Below, in pieces: positions 1 to 8,191 of a DNA stretch of 32,000 bases. The notes under the pieces are model-generated. The model was given only the letters and a program-made list of their open reading frames with translations, was not told where the DNA came from and searched no databases. How positions within the stretch are numbered: the first letter of the stretch is position 1; each line of letters opens with the position of its first letter. The position numbers were made by a program, and so were the translations under genes. Where the stretch lies: assembly GCF_000406145.1 (NCBI RefSeq), contig NZ_CM001976.1, forward strand, positions 4,392,380 through 4,424,379. Reading direction: 5' to 3'. The stretch comes from Dickeya dadantii NCPPB 898 (GTDB lineage Bacteria; Pseudomonadota; Gammaproteobacteria; Enterobacterales; Enterobacteriaceae).

Positions 1-980
1 GTTTCGGGGATCGCCAGCGTCGGGTGGGTATCGTTCAACTGCACCACTTCATACTCGGGCAACGTCTCCAGCGGCCTTCCTGCGCGCTCATGCCGCCGGA
101 AGATGTCCGACACGGCGCAGGCGCACTGAAAATACTGCTGCATCAGGCGCAGTTTTTTACCTGCCGCATGATTGTCGTTCGGGTAAAGCACCTTAGTCAG
201 ACTGGCGGCGGCGATGCCTTGCTGTTCGGCTTTCAGGTAATGGCCGGCGTTGAACTGCTCAAGATCAAACGGGTCGCTATGGGTGGCCTGCCACAATCGC
301 AGCGGTTGCACCCTGCCATTGCGATAACCGATAACCGGGATATCGGTGGCCTCGCCGACGATAACCTGCTCCGGTATCCAGCGTTCGCTGCCGTCCGCCT
401 GTTTCACCAGTTCGCCGCCGAAACCAACCTCCACCGCCAGCTCCGGACGCGGACGCGCCCAGGGGTAGCTGTCGCGCAGCCAGTCGTCCGGCGTTTCCCG
501 CTGAAAGCCGGCGTCAAAATGCTGGCGGAATAAACCGTACTGATAATGCAGACCATAACCGATCGCCGGCTGGCCGACCGTCGCCATCGCGTCCAGATAA
601 CAGGACGCCAGCCGCCCTAACCCGCCGTTGCCGAGCGCCGGGTCGGTTTCCTGCTCCAGCACGTCGCTCAGCGCCAGCCCCTGCTGCGCCAGCGCCTCCG
701 CCACCGCGTCATACCAGCCCAGATTGAGCAGATTGTTGCCGGTCAGGCGGCCGGGCAGGAATTCCATCGACAGATAATTGACATGCCGCGCCGCCGCAGG
801 CGCGGCGTCGGGCGGGAGCAGGTCGGCAGACGTCAACACATCCAGTTGCTCCGTCAGCGCAGCGCTCACCAGTTGCCAGCACTGACGCAACGACAGCGCC
901 TGCAAGGACGGTTGAGCGCACGCCTGCAACTGACGCTGCAGGTCGGCGGCGAACCGGGAAGGATTGAATGATGGTGACAT
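1..980 (-). CDS. malP: Maltodextrin (alpha-glucan) phosphorylase, N-terminal ~326 codons; 3' end lies beyond the window
   Basis: Manual minus-strand translation from the ATG at 980-978 gives [10 protein letters not shown]...[25 protein letters not shown]...[24 protein letters not shown]...[29 protein letters not shown]...[13 protein letters not shown]. These are GT35 phosphorylase motifs. The sequence is closer to remembered E. coli MalP than to the GlgP paralog at 12109-14556. It is absent from the ORF track because it runs off the window edge. An SD-like GGAGAGAGG lies just upstream. Confidence 0.85.
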   Translation of the reverse strand, partial: MSPSFNPSRFAADLQRQLQACAQPSLQALSLRQCWQLVSAALTEQLDVLTSADLLPPDAAPAAARHVNYLSMEFLPGRLTGNNLLNLGWYDAVAEALAQQGLALSDVLEQETDPALGNGGLGRLASCYLDAMATVGQPAIGYGLHYQYGLFRQHFDAGFQRETPDDWLRDSYPWARPRPELAVEVGFGGELVKQADGSERWIPEQVIVGEATDIPVIGYRNGRVQPLRLWQATHSDPFDLEQFNAGHYLKAEQQGIAAASLTKVLYPNDNHAAGKKLRLMQQYFQCACAVSDIFRRHERAGRPLETLPEYEVVQLNDTHPTLAIPE

Positions 981-1024
981 CGTGCCTCTCTCCTCTGTCA
1001 GTGATGGAAAAAGGCACGTCGGGA

Positions 1025-1783
1025 TCAGCACAACTCCAACTGTACCTTATGTTGTTCGATGATTTTCAGCACACTGGGCGGTGGTAACTGATCGGTAAAA
1101 AGATAGTCGATCAAATCCATGTTACCCAAATTGACCATAGCGTTACGGCCAAACTTCGAATGGTCCGTCACCAGCATCACGCAGCGGGAGTTTTCGATAA
1201 TCGCCCGTTTGGTGCGTACCTCGTGGTAATCAAACTCCAGCAGCGAGCCGTCCATATCAATACCGCTGATTCCCAAAATGCCGAAATCGAGCCGGAACTG
1301 AGAAATAAAATCCAGCGTGGCCTCGCCGATGATGCCGCCGTCCCGGCTGCGCACCTCGCCTCCCGCCAGAATCAGGCGAAAATCTTCTTTGGCGGTCAGC
1401 AACGTCGCCACATTCAGGTTGTTGGTGACCACCCGCAAATCTTTATGGTTCATCAGCGCGTGGGCCACCGCCTCCGGCGTAGTGCCGATATCAATAAAAA
1501 GCGTAGCACCATCCGGAATCTGGCTGGCGACTTGCCTCGCAATCCTGGCTTTTTCATCAGACCACATCATTTTGCGATCGTGATAGGCGGTATTGACTGA
1601 ACTGGAGGGCAACGCCGCCCCACCATGATGACGATGGATCTTGTTCTGCTCCGCCAGATCGTTCAGATCGCGGCGAATGGTCTGCGGGCTGACCGCAAAA
1701 TGCTCCACCAGCTCCTCGGTACTGACGTATCCCTGCCGACGCACCAGGTCGATAATGGCGTCATGCCGCTGTGTTTGCTTCAC
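1025..1783 (-). CDS. glpR: DeoR-family glycerol-3-phosphate regulon repressor
   Basis: The 252-aa ORF is near-colinear with E. coli GlpR ([33 protein letters not shown]...[43 protein letters not shown]). The start codon is GTG at 1783. Confidence 0.95.
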   Translation of the reverse strand: MKQTQRHDAIIDLVRRQGYVSTEELVEHFAVSPQTIRRDLNDLAEQNKIHRHHGGAALPSSSVNTAYHDRKMMWSDEKARIARQVASQIPDGATLFIDIGTTPEAVAHALMNHKDLRVVTNNLNVATLLTAKEDFRLILAGGEVRSRDGGIIGEATLDFISQFRLDFGILGISGIDMDGSLLEFDYHEVRTKRAIIENSRCVMLVTDHSKFGRNAMVNLGNMDLIDYLFTDQLPPPSVLKIIEQHKVQLELC

Positions 1784-1940
1784 ATTGATCCCCTCAAACA
1801 GATCCCTTCAAACACCGACATGCCGTCATGCCGGCCAATTAAGAAACCGCGCCTCGCAGGCAAAACAACGCACGGCCATGCAGTAGCCACTGCGCGCCCT
1901 TCTGCCACTCATTCGGATTTCGGTAAACGGTATGATGCCA

Positions 1941-2765
1941 TTAACGGTGTCTGTTGCGTGTATCCCACCATGCCATCAGCAAGCCAATGACCAGCCCCGC
2001 GACATGCGCCGCATTGGCGATCGACATGCCCAAAATATCGAAATAACCCGCCACCAGCCACACCAGCGCGAACGCCATCAAACCACGCTGAAGATGCAGC
2101 GAGCCATCCGGCTCACGCTCGCCGCGCAGCCAGACGTACCCCATCAGGGCGTACACCACGCCGGACAGGCCGCCGAAATAGACGCCGCTGAACCAGGACT
2201 GCACCCACCCGCTGAGCGCAGACGACAATAACAGAATCACGCACAGCCGCCGGGTGCCGAGCACGCGCTCCACCGGGCCGCCGAGATACCACCACCACAT
2301 CAGGTTGAACAGCAGATGCAGCAGCGAGAAATGCAGCAGCGCGTGGCTGAACCAGCGCCAGAGCTGCAGGGTCTGCGTGCTGTCCGGAAAGGCTAACAGC
2401 ACCATCATGCGCTCTACGCCGTAGGCCTGCATCAACAGGTAGACGGCGATGGCGACCACCAGCACCCCCAGCGTCAACGGTCCCGCGCGCTGGCGCAGCG
2501 TCTGCAGGTAGGAAAACGACGGGTAACGCAGCCCGCTGTCGGTGGTGCCGTTCTGCCAGCTGGCCGCCTGATAACGCTCATGCCAGGGCTCTTGCAGGAA
2601 GCGCGCCAGTTCCTGCTTCACCCGCTCCTGCTGGCTTTCGTCCGGCAGCCAGATATCCACTTCGCTCCCGTTGATGCGGACAACCAGCCGCACCTGATGC
2701 GTGTGCATATAGTCGACAAACGCCTGCGCCAGACGCGGATTGGATAACGCAACAATTCGGATCAT
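1941..2765 (-). CDS. glpG: Rhomboid intramembrane serine protease GlpG
   Basis: The 274-aa ORF carries [37 protein letters not shown] and [20 protein letters not shown], matching E. coli GlpG including the catalytic GxSG and His motifs. Confidence 0.93.
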   Translation of the reverse strand: MIRIVALSNPRLAQAFVDYMHTHQVRLVVRINGSEVDIWLPDESQQERVKQELARFLQEPWHERYQAASWQNGTTDSGLRYPSFSYLQTLRQRAGPLTLGVLVVAIAVYLLMQAYGVERMMVLLAFPDSTQTLQLWRWFSHALLHFSLLHLLFNLMWWWYLGGPVERVLGTRRLCVILLLSSALSGWVQSWFSGVYFGGLSGVVYALMGYVWLRGEREPDGSLHLQRGLMAFALVWLVAGYFDILGMSIANAAHVAGLVIGLLMAWWDTRNRHR

Positions 2766-2876
2766 GACAATAGCCCAACGCTTCCCGCCAATGAATTTAT
2801 GTCTTCGATTCTAAAACATTTACCGCCCGGAGCGCAGCGCAATAACCGTTCATAACCTCTGCTATTTCCGTTTGGA

Positions 2877-2892
2877 TGTGATGGCTTTCACA
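2877..2892. promoter_or_regulatory. Perfect CRP core TGTGA-N6-TCACA in the divergent glpG / HTH-kinase intergenic region
   Basis: The sequence TGTGATGGCTTTCACA sits inside the 7-bp-arm palindrome GATGTGA-N6-TCACATC. It lies about 119 nt upstream of the glpG start and about 160 nt upstream of the ATG at 3044. Confidence 0.55.
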
Positions 2893-3043
2893 TCTATCAG
2901 GCATTCGTCGTGACAGGCTCCCTTGCCGCCCGGCGGGAGTGCGGCGAATTTTTGTTTACTTCCGTTTTGTCCGACATCCTATGATCGCGGTCACTTTTCA
3001 ACCAGGGTGGCTCCATTACTCTCATTCAAGAGGTGTTAAGGGT

Positions 3044-4255
3044 ATGTTTCTTGAAGAACGCAGAAACAAGATTCTGGAATATCTGGATCAATACGATCGC
3101 GTCAGCGTGGAATATCTGGCCGCTATTTTCTCTGTCACCAGAGAAACCATACGCAGCGACCTGAACGCCCTGGCCCGGCAACGGCTGATTCAGCGTTGCC
3201 ACGGCGGCGCCGTTATTATTCGCCGCAGCCTGCAATCTCAGCTGATTACCGAAACCGGAAAAGATTTCGAGGTCCTGTTAAAGAAAATAAAAAATCAGGT
3301 CAGAAATAAAAGCGTAGGAAAAAAGGATAAAACCATGAAGGGTAAAGTCTGTATTCTTGGCTCGTTTAATGTGGATATTGTCGCCAGGGTCGCGCGTTTT
3401 CCCAAAGGCGGGGAATCGTTGCTGGCGCAAGGCAGCGCGCTGGGTCCGGGAGGGAAAGGCGCGAATCAGGCCATGGCCGCCAGCATGGCCGGCGCGAAAG
3501 TGCATTTCGTTTCCAAAGTCGGGAAAGATCAATTCAGCCATTTCGCTTACGAGCATTTATCAAAATCCGCCATTCATTCATTTAAATTATATCAGTCCGA
3601 CACGGAACCAACCGGCAACGCCATTATTTATGTCTCGCTACAGAATGGCGAAAATATGATTGCCATTTATTCCGGCGCCAATAAAACGCTGACCGACGAA
3701 GAAATTGCCGAAATTATGCCCGAGCTGGAAGACGCGGACGTATTACTGCTGCAAATGGAAAATAATTTCCCGGCCACGCTGAGCGCCATGAAACTGGCAA
3801 AGGCGCTCGACACGCAAATTATCCTCAACCCGGCCCCGTATTCCGACGATGTTTTATCCTGCCTCGATTATGTGGATATCATCACCCCGAATGAAACCGA
3901 AGCTTCATTGCTGTCCGGCATTGAGATCAACAATCTGGACAGCGCCAGACAAGCCGCGCAGAAAATCCACGCGCTTGGCGCCGCGCGGGTCATCATCACC
4001 ATGGGCGCCAACGGCGCACTGCTGTTCGACGGCCAGCAATTCCAGCACATCCCGGCCTTTCCCGCCGTCAGCGTGGATACCACCGGCGCCGGCGATGCCT
4101 TCAACGGCGCGTTCGCCGCCGCCGTAGCCGGCGGACAAAGCGTGGCGCAGGCCGCCACCTATGCCAATGCGTTCGCCTCTCTGGCGGTCGAACGGGAAGG
4201 CGCCGCCAATATGCCAACCCAGCAGCAGGTAACGAACCGGCTGGCGCAGCGCTGA
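3044..4255 (+). CDS. Fusion protein: N-terminal DeoR-type HTH (no DeoR sensor domain) + ribokinase/PfkB-family sugar kinase
   Basis: The start was chosen at ATG 3044 (SD AGAGGTG at 3029-3035); the track ORF begins earlier, at GTG 2939. The N-terminus MFLEERRNKILEYLDQYDRVSVEYLAAIFSVTRETIRSDLNALARQRLIQRCHGGA is a DeoR HTH. A Lys-rich linker follows, then a RbsK-like body: VCILGSFNVD, GPGGKGANQA, IITPNETEA (NxxE motif) and DTTGAGDAFNGAF (anion hole and catalytic Asp). Confidence 0.85.
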   Translation: MFLEERRNKILEYLDQYDRVSVEYLAAIFSVTRETIRSDLNALARQRLIQRCHGGAVIIRRSLQSQLITETGKDFEVLLKKIKNQVRNKSVGKKDKTMKGKVCILGSFNVDIVARVARFPKGGESLLAQGSALGPGGKGANQAMAASMAGAKVHFVSKVGKDQFSHFAYEHLSKSAIHSFKLYQSDTEPTGNAIIYVSLQNGENMIAIYSGANKTLTDEEIAEIMPELEDADVLLLQMENNFPATLSAMKLAKALDTQIILNPAPYSDDVLSCLDYVDIITPNETEASLLSGIEINNLDSARQAAQKIHALGAARVIITMGANGALLFDGQQFQHIPAFPAVSVDTTGAGDAFNGAFAAAVAGGQSVAQAATYANAFASLAVEREGAANMPTQQQVTNRLAQR

Positions 4256-4312
4256 TTTACCCACACCTTATTTTAAACACCCCGAACAGATTGTCGGGCA
4301 AGGAGAAAAATA

Positions 4313-5239
4313 ATGAAGAGCATCGAAGGTATCGTTCCCGTCATGCTGACCCCGTTTAACACCAGAAACGACATCGACTACCCCGGTCTGGCGAAGCTGA
4401 TCGACTGGTATCTGGACAAGGGGGTGGACGCGCTGTTCGCCGTCTGCCAGTCCAGTGAAATGCTGTTTCTCAGCCTGCAGGAGCGTGTGGATCTGGCGCG
4501 TTTCGTGGTGGAGCGCGTCGCGGGGCGCATACCGGTGATCGCGTCCGGCCACATCAGCGACGCTATCGACGACCAGATTGCCGAACTGACAGCGATGGCG
4601 GAAACCGGCATCGACGCGCTGGTGCTGGTCACCAATCATCTGGACCCGAAAAACCAAGGTTCAGCGACGTTTTTCAGCACGCTGGACACCTTGCTGGCGG
4701 CGCTGCCGGCAACGCTGCCGCTCGGCCTGTACGAATGTCCGGCGCCGTATCGCCGCCTGCTGACGGATGACGAACTGATGCACTGCGCCAACAGCGGCCG
4801 CTTCGTGGTGCTCAAAGACGTGAGCTGCGACCTGCCAACGGTAGAACGCCGGGTCAAACTCACCGCCGGCACGCCGCTGAATATCATCAACGCCAACGCC
4901 GCCATCGCTTTTCCGGCGATGCGCGCCGGCTCCAAAGGCTTTAGCGGCGTGTTCACCAACTTCCACCCGGAGTTGTATCAGTGGCTGTATTCGCACAGCC
5001 AGCAGCAGCCGGAACTGGCGCAGGAACTGGCGACCTTTCTGTCGCTGGCGGCGGTCACCGAAACGCTGGGTTACCCCAAGAACGCCAAAATCTACCATCA
5101 GCGCCTCGGCACCTTTGAACACGATAACTGTCGGGTGACCAAAGACAACGTACTGGAGAAATTCTGGGCCTTGACGGTGATCCTGGATCAGATTCATCAG
5201 GGAACGGAACACTACCAGAAAAAAATTCAGCAACGATAA
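4313..5239 (+). CDS. DapA/NanA-family class I (Schiff-base) aldolase/lyase, divergent member
   Basis: The 308-aa ORF has SD AAGGAG upstream. It begins GIVPVMLTPF and has a CQSSEM segment in place of the usual GTTGE. LYECPAPY corresponds to the YNxP tyrosine region, and VVLKDVS corresponds to the G(I/V)K(D/E)xS catalytic lysine. Confidence 0.75.
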   Translation: MKSIEGIVPVMLTPFNTRNDIDYPGLAKLIDWYLDKGVDALFAVCQSSEMLFLSLQERVDLARFVVERVAGRIPVIASGHISDAIDDQIAELTAMAETGIDALVLVTNHLDPKNQGSATFFSTLDTLLAALPATLPLGLYECPAPYRRLLTDDELMHCANSGRFVVLKDVSCDLPTVERRVKLTAGTPLNIINANAAIAFPAMRAGSKGFSGVFTNFHPELYQWLYSHSQQQPELAQELATFLSLAAVTETLGYPKNAKIYHQRLGTFEHDNCRVTKDNVLEKFWALTVILDQIHQGTEHYQKKIQQR

Positions 5240-5263
5240 CGTCACTGCCGTCAGGTATATTGT

Positions 5264-5302
5264 CCGGCGAGTGGAAATAATACCGTTATTTCCGCCCGCC
5301 GG
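5264..5302 (+). other. Intra-operon stem-loop between the aldolase and yhcH-like genes
   Basis: Outer stem CCGGCG/CGCCGG and inner stem GGAAATAA/TTATTTCC flank a 5-nt loop. No U-tract follows. It could be an mRNA processing or stability element or a partial attenuator. Confidence 0.3.
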
Positions 5303-5342
5303 CTAATGGCATGCTCTTGTCATTCACCAGGAATAACCCGCT

Positions 5343-5822
5343 ATGATTATTTGCGATCAACAAGATTGGGGTCGGGAGAAATACGCGTTACATCCGATTA
5401 TTCATCAGGCTATCGATTATATTTCCACGACCGACTTCACTGCTATGCCGACCGGGAAATACGACATTATTCCCGGAAAAATGTTCTGCCTATTACAGGA
5501 ATTCACGACAGAGCCTGCGGAGGAAAGGCTGGCGGAATCACATTTCCAGTTTGTCGACATCCAATATTTATTACAGGGGGAAGAAACCATCGGCGTCGCA
5601 CGCGGCAGCCGCAACAATACCGTGATTGAAGACAAAAGCGAGCACCACGATATTGTCTTTTATCGTGATATTCAAAACGAAAGTTTTATTTCATTAACAC
5701 CAGGCATGTTTGCCGTTTTCTTTCCGGAAGATCTGCACCGGCCATGCTGTCAAAGCCAGGGCCAGTCTTTTATTCGCAAAGCGGTTATTAAAATTCACAT
5801 CAGTTTATTTACGGATTGCTGA
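5343..5822 (+). CDS. YhcH/YjgK/YiaL (DUF386, EbgC-like) family protein
   Basis: The 159-aa ORF has AGGA 10 nt upstream. The C-terminal PGMFAVFFPEDLHRPCC parallels E. coli YhcH PGMFAVFMPGEPHKPGC, and ESHFQFVDIQYLLQGEE parallels ELHEQYIDIQLLLNGEE. Confidence 0.8.
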   Translation: MIICDQQDWGREKYALHPIIHQAIDYISTTDFTAMPTGKYDIIPGKMFCLLQEFTTEPAEERLAESHFQFVDIQYLLQGEETIGVARGSRNNTVIEDKSEHHDIVFYRDIQNESFISLTPGMFAVFFPEDLHRPCCQSQGQSFIRKAVIKIHISLFTDC

Positions 5823-5827
5823 TTATT

Positions 5828-7123
5828 ATGAAAAACGCCACCTCTACCTTACAAGATAATACGGTTATCACCACCTCGCCGATTACCCGCTTACGTTGGG
5901 GAATCATTTTCATTCTGTTAATGGCGGCAGTCATCAATTACCTGGACCGCGCCAACTTAAGTATCGCCAATACCACCATCGCCAAAGAGTTCGGTTTCAG
6001 CGCTACCCAGATGGGCATGTTGCTTTCCGCCTTCCTGTGGCCTTACGCGCTCGCCAATCTGCCGGCCGGCTGGCTGGTGGACAAACTGGGGCCGAAAAAA
6101 ATGTTTTCCGGCGCGGTGGGGCTGTGGTCAACCTTTACCGTGCTGGCCGGGTTCATCAACGGCTATTCCATGTTCTATGGATTGCGTATGTTGCTGGGTA
6201 TCGCCGAGTCGCCCTTTTTCACCTCGGGCATTAAAATCACCCATCGCTGGTTTTCCGCCCGCGAACGCGGCCTGCCGACCGCCATCATCAATACCGGTTC
6301 GCAGATCGCCAACGCCGTTGCGCCGCCGATTCTGACCGTGCTGCTGCTGACGCTGGGCTGGCGCGGCATGTTCATCGCCATCGGTCTGGCGGGCATACCG
6401 CTGCTGCTGGTCTGGCTGAAGTTTTATCGCGAACCGACCGCGGCCGAAGAGCGCGACATTCACGTCGAGGCAGCGGCGGCGACATCCAGCGACGAGACGG
6501 CCAAAAGCCAGCCAGGCTGGGGCGCGCTGTTCCGGCATAAAACCACCTGGTTCATGATTCTGGGTAACTTCTCCATCATGTTTACCATCTGGGTTTATCT
6601 GACCTGGCTGCCGGGCTATCTGGAAAAATCCCTCGGCTTCACGCTGAAACAAACCGGTTGGATTGCCTCCATCCCGTTCCTCGCCGGCATTCTCGGCGTG
6701 CTGTGCGGCGGGGCGATTTCCGATCGTCTGATTCGCCGCGGCGTCAACACCATCACCGCCCGTAAAATCCCCATCGTAATGGGAGCGGCGCTGGCAGCCT
6801 GCTTTGTGGCGCCGATTCCGTTCGTCAGCAACACCTCACTGTCCATTCTGCTGTTATCGCTGGGCTATTTCTGCTCGCAGTTGCCCTCCGGGGTCATCTG
6901 GACGCTGGCGACCGACATTGCGCCCAAAGAGCAGGTCGCGTCACTCGGCGCTATTCAGAACTTCGGCGGCTTTCTGGGGGCGGCCAGCGCGCCCATCATC
7001 ACCGGCGTGATTCTGGATGCCACCGGGGTGTTCACCAATGTTTTCTTTCTGGGTGCGGGCTTGCTGATGCTCGGGGCGTTGAGCTACGGCCTGTTCGTCA
7101 AAAAGCCGCTTATTGAAAAATAA
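5828..7123 (+). CDS. MFS transporter, anion:cation symporter (ACS; DgoT/ExuT/GudP-like) type, probable acidic-sugar importer
   Basis: The ATG at 5828 lies 5 nt after the yhcH-like stop; the track start at 5816 is TTG. The protein has about 12 hydrophobic segments and the INYLDRANLSIAN motif typical of ACS-family sugar-acid permeases. Confidence 0.8.
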   Translation: MKNATSTLQDNTVITTSPITRLRWGIIFILLMAAVINYLDRANLSIANTTIAKEFGFSATQMGMLLSAFLWPYALANLPAGWLVDKLGPKKMFSGAVGLWSTFTVLAGFINGYSMFYGLRMLLGIAESPFFTSGIKITHRWFSARERGLPTAIINTGSQIANAVAPPILTVLLLTLGWRGMFIAIGLAGIPLLLVWLKFYREPTAAEERDIHVEAAAATSSDETAKSQPGWGALFRHKTTWFMILGNFSIMFTIWVYLTWLPGYLEKSLGFTLKQTGWIASIPFLAGILGVLCGGAISDRLIRRGVNTITARKIPIVMGAALAACFVAPIPFVSNTSLSILLLSLGYFCSQLPSGVIWTLATDIAPKEQVASLGAIQNFGGFLGAASAPIITGVILDATGVFTNVFFLGAGLLMLGALSYGLFVKKPLIEK

Positions 7124-7131
7124 CCATCCGC

Positions 7132-7167
7132 TACGACGAAGGGTGACTTACGGCGCCCTTCGTCGTA
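7132..7167 (+). terminator. Perfect 12-bp stem hairpin just after the MFS gene
   Basis: TACGACGAAGGG (7132-7143) pairs with CCCTTCGTCGTA (7156-7167) around a 12-nt loop. No clear U-tract follows, so intrinsic termination is uncertain. Confidence 0.4.
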
Positions 7168-7233
7168 CAGAACCTACGCTGCATTATCAGTAACCAACCT
7201 TAACGGTCAGCCCAGCCCATAAAAAGTCAAACT

Positions 7234-7251
7234 ATTGATTTATAAATCAAT
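7234..7251. promoter_or_regulatory. Perfect 18-bp palindrome ATTGATTTATAAATCAAT in the AT-rich region upstream of the ydiV-like gene
   Basis: Read directly from the sequence; it is its own reverse complement. This is a candidate operator with no assigned binding factor. Confidence 0.35.
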
Positions 7252-7369
7252 AATGCGTTTTACTTCATCATCTCAACATTCCTCAGCATAAATACTTTAT
7301 TCACAGTATTACTTTTATCGATCGGTTTTAGGAAAATGATAGATTATATAAATTAAAATAGGGTTAATG

Positions 7370-7384
7370 ATCGTTTTAAACGAT
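7370..7384. promoter_or_regulatory. Perfect inverted repeat ATCGTTT-N1-AAACGAT 60-90 nt upstream of the ydiV-like start
   Basis: Read directly from the sequence. Its position suggests a promoter-proximal operator. Confidence 0.3.
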
Positions 7385-7458
7385 TTTCATATTGGTTACA
7401 TAAGCGCTAGATTAATTTGTAGAAAATAACAGCACTAATAGCGGTGATTATTTATGCA

Positions 7459-8160
7459 ATGAATGAACTATTCGTGATACGCCTGATTCCGGTATTGACG
7501 AAAGAAAAAAGAATTTTTGCTTTCGAGCTCTTCCTAAACCAGAGAATATCCATCAATCCTACCAACAAGGGAAACACAGGTCATTCATCATGGATAACGA
7601 ATAAATTTCAGCTCTTTCTTATCAAATTAAACTATATCAGGGAGACATCCACACTTTCATCGTCCCCTTCCAGAAAAATAGTCATCGGGTTGGATCGGGA
7701 TCTTTTGGTTTTTATTCTAAATGATAAAAACATAAAGGAAGAGATCGCCTCTATAAAAGAGGTGAGGTTTATTATTGACGCCAGCATAGACATTATCAAC
7801 AACCGTAATGACTATCGACTAATAAAAGAATTATCTGCGATATCAAAAATATGGCTAAACGACTTCGGCACCGGTAACACCAGTGTCACTTCATTAAAAA
7901 TGAGGACATTTGAGCATATTAAAATCAACAGAGATTTCATGTTGCGATACGGGAATATGAATTTCTTTCGTAAAATGCTAGACGATATCAATACATGGAG
8001 CGACGGCGCAATATTGACCGGCATAGACAGTGACGAACTGCGTCGCCAATTCTCCGCCACGATGTTTTACGGCATGCAGGGAGAATTATGGAGCACTATT
8101 ATTCTGACTATAGGCGACCATGCGTTGCGCACCCCCTTGCCTGGTCTCATTCGACCATAA
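7459..8160 (+). CDS. Degenerate (catalytically dead) EAL-like domain protein, YdiV/RflP-like
   Basis: The ORF is AT-rich. An alternative GTG start lies at 7444. The EAL-fold landmarks are present but mutated: ELF replaces EAL, LNDFGTGNTS replaces DDFGTGYS, IKINRDF replaces KxD, LTGIDSDE replaces EGVE, and GMQGELW retains the QG. Its size (~233 aa) and its LNDFGTGNTS segment resemble the LGNLGAGNST of E. coli YdiV. Confidence 0.7.
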   Translation: MNELFVIRLIPVLTKEKRIFAFELFLNQRISINPTNKGNTGHSSWITNKFQLFLIKLNYIRETSTLSSSPSRKIVIGLDRDLLVFILNDKNIKEEIASIKEVRFIIDASIDIINNRNDYRLIKELSAISKIWLNDFGTGNTSVTSLKMRTFEHIKINRDFMLRYGNMNFFRKMLDDINTWSDGAILTGIDSDELRRQFSATMFYGMQGELWSTIILTIGDHALRTPLPGLIRP

Positions 8161-8191
8161 TCACACCATATTCAGGGAGCACGCGGGTTAC

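Noticed and set aside
709-1017. 102-aa minus-strand ORF overlapping the malP 5' region, and the 62-aa + ORF at 783-971
   Set aside because: They are out of frame with the real malP reading frame, which translates into clear phosphorylase motifs. They are artefacts.
2939-3043. Upstream extension of the HTH-kinase ORF from the GTG at 2939
   Set aside because: The extension (MRRIFVYFRFVRHP...) has no similarity to DeoR N-termini. ATG 3044 has a good SD and starts exactly at the HTH domain.
7234-7251. TTGAT...ATCAA palindrome considered as an FNR site
   Set aside because: The spacer is 6 bp rather than the 4 bp of the FNR consensus TTGAT-N4-ATCAA. I kept it only as an unassigned operator candidate.
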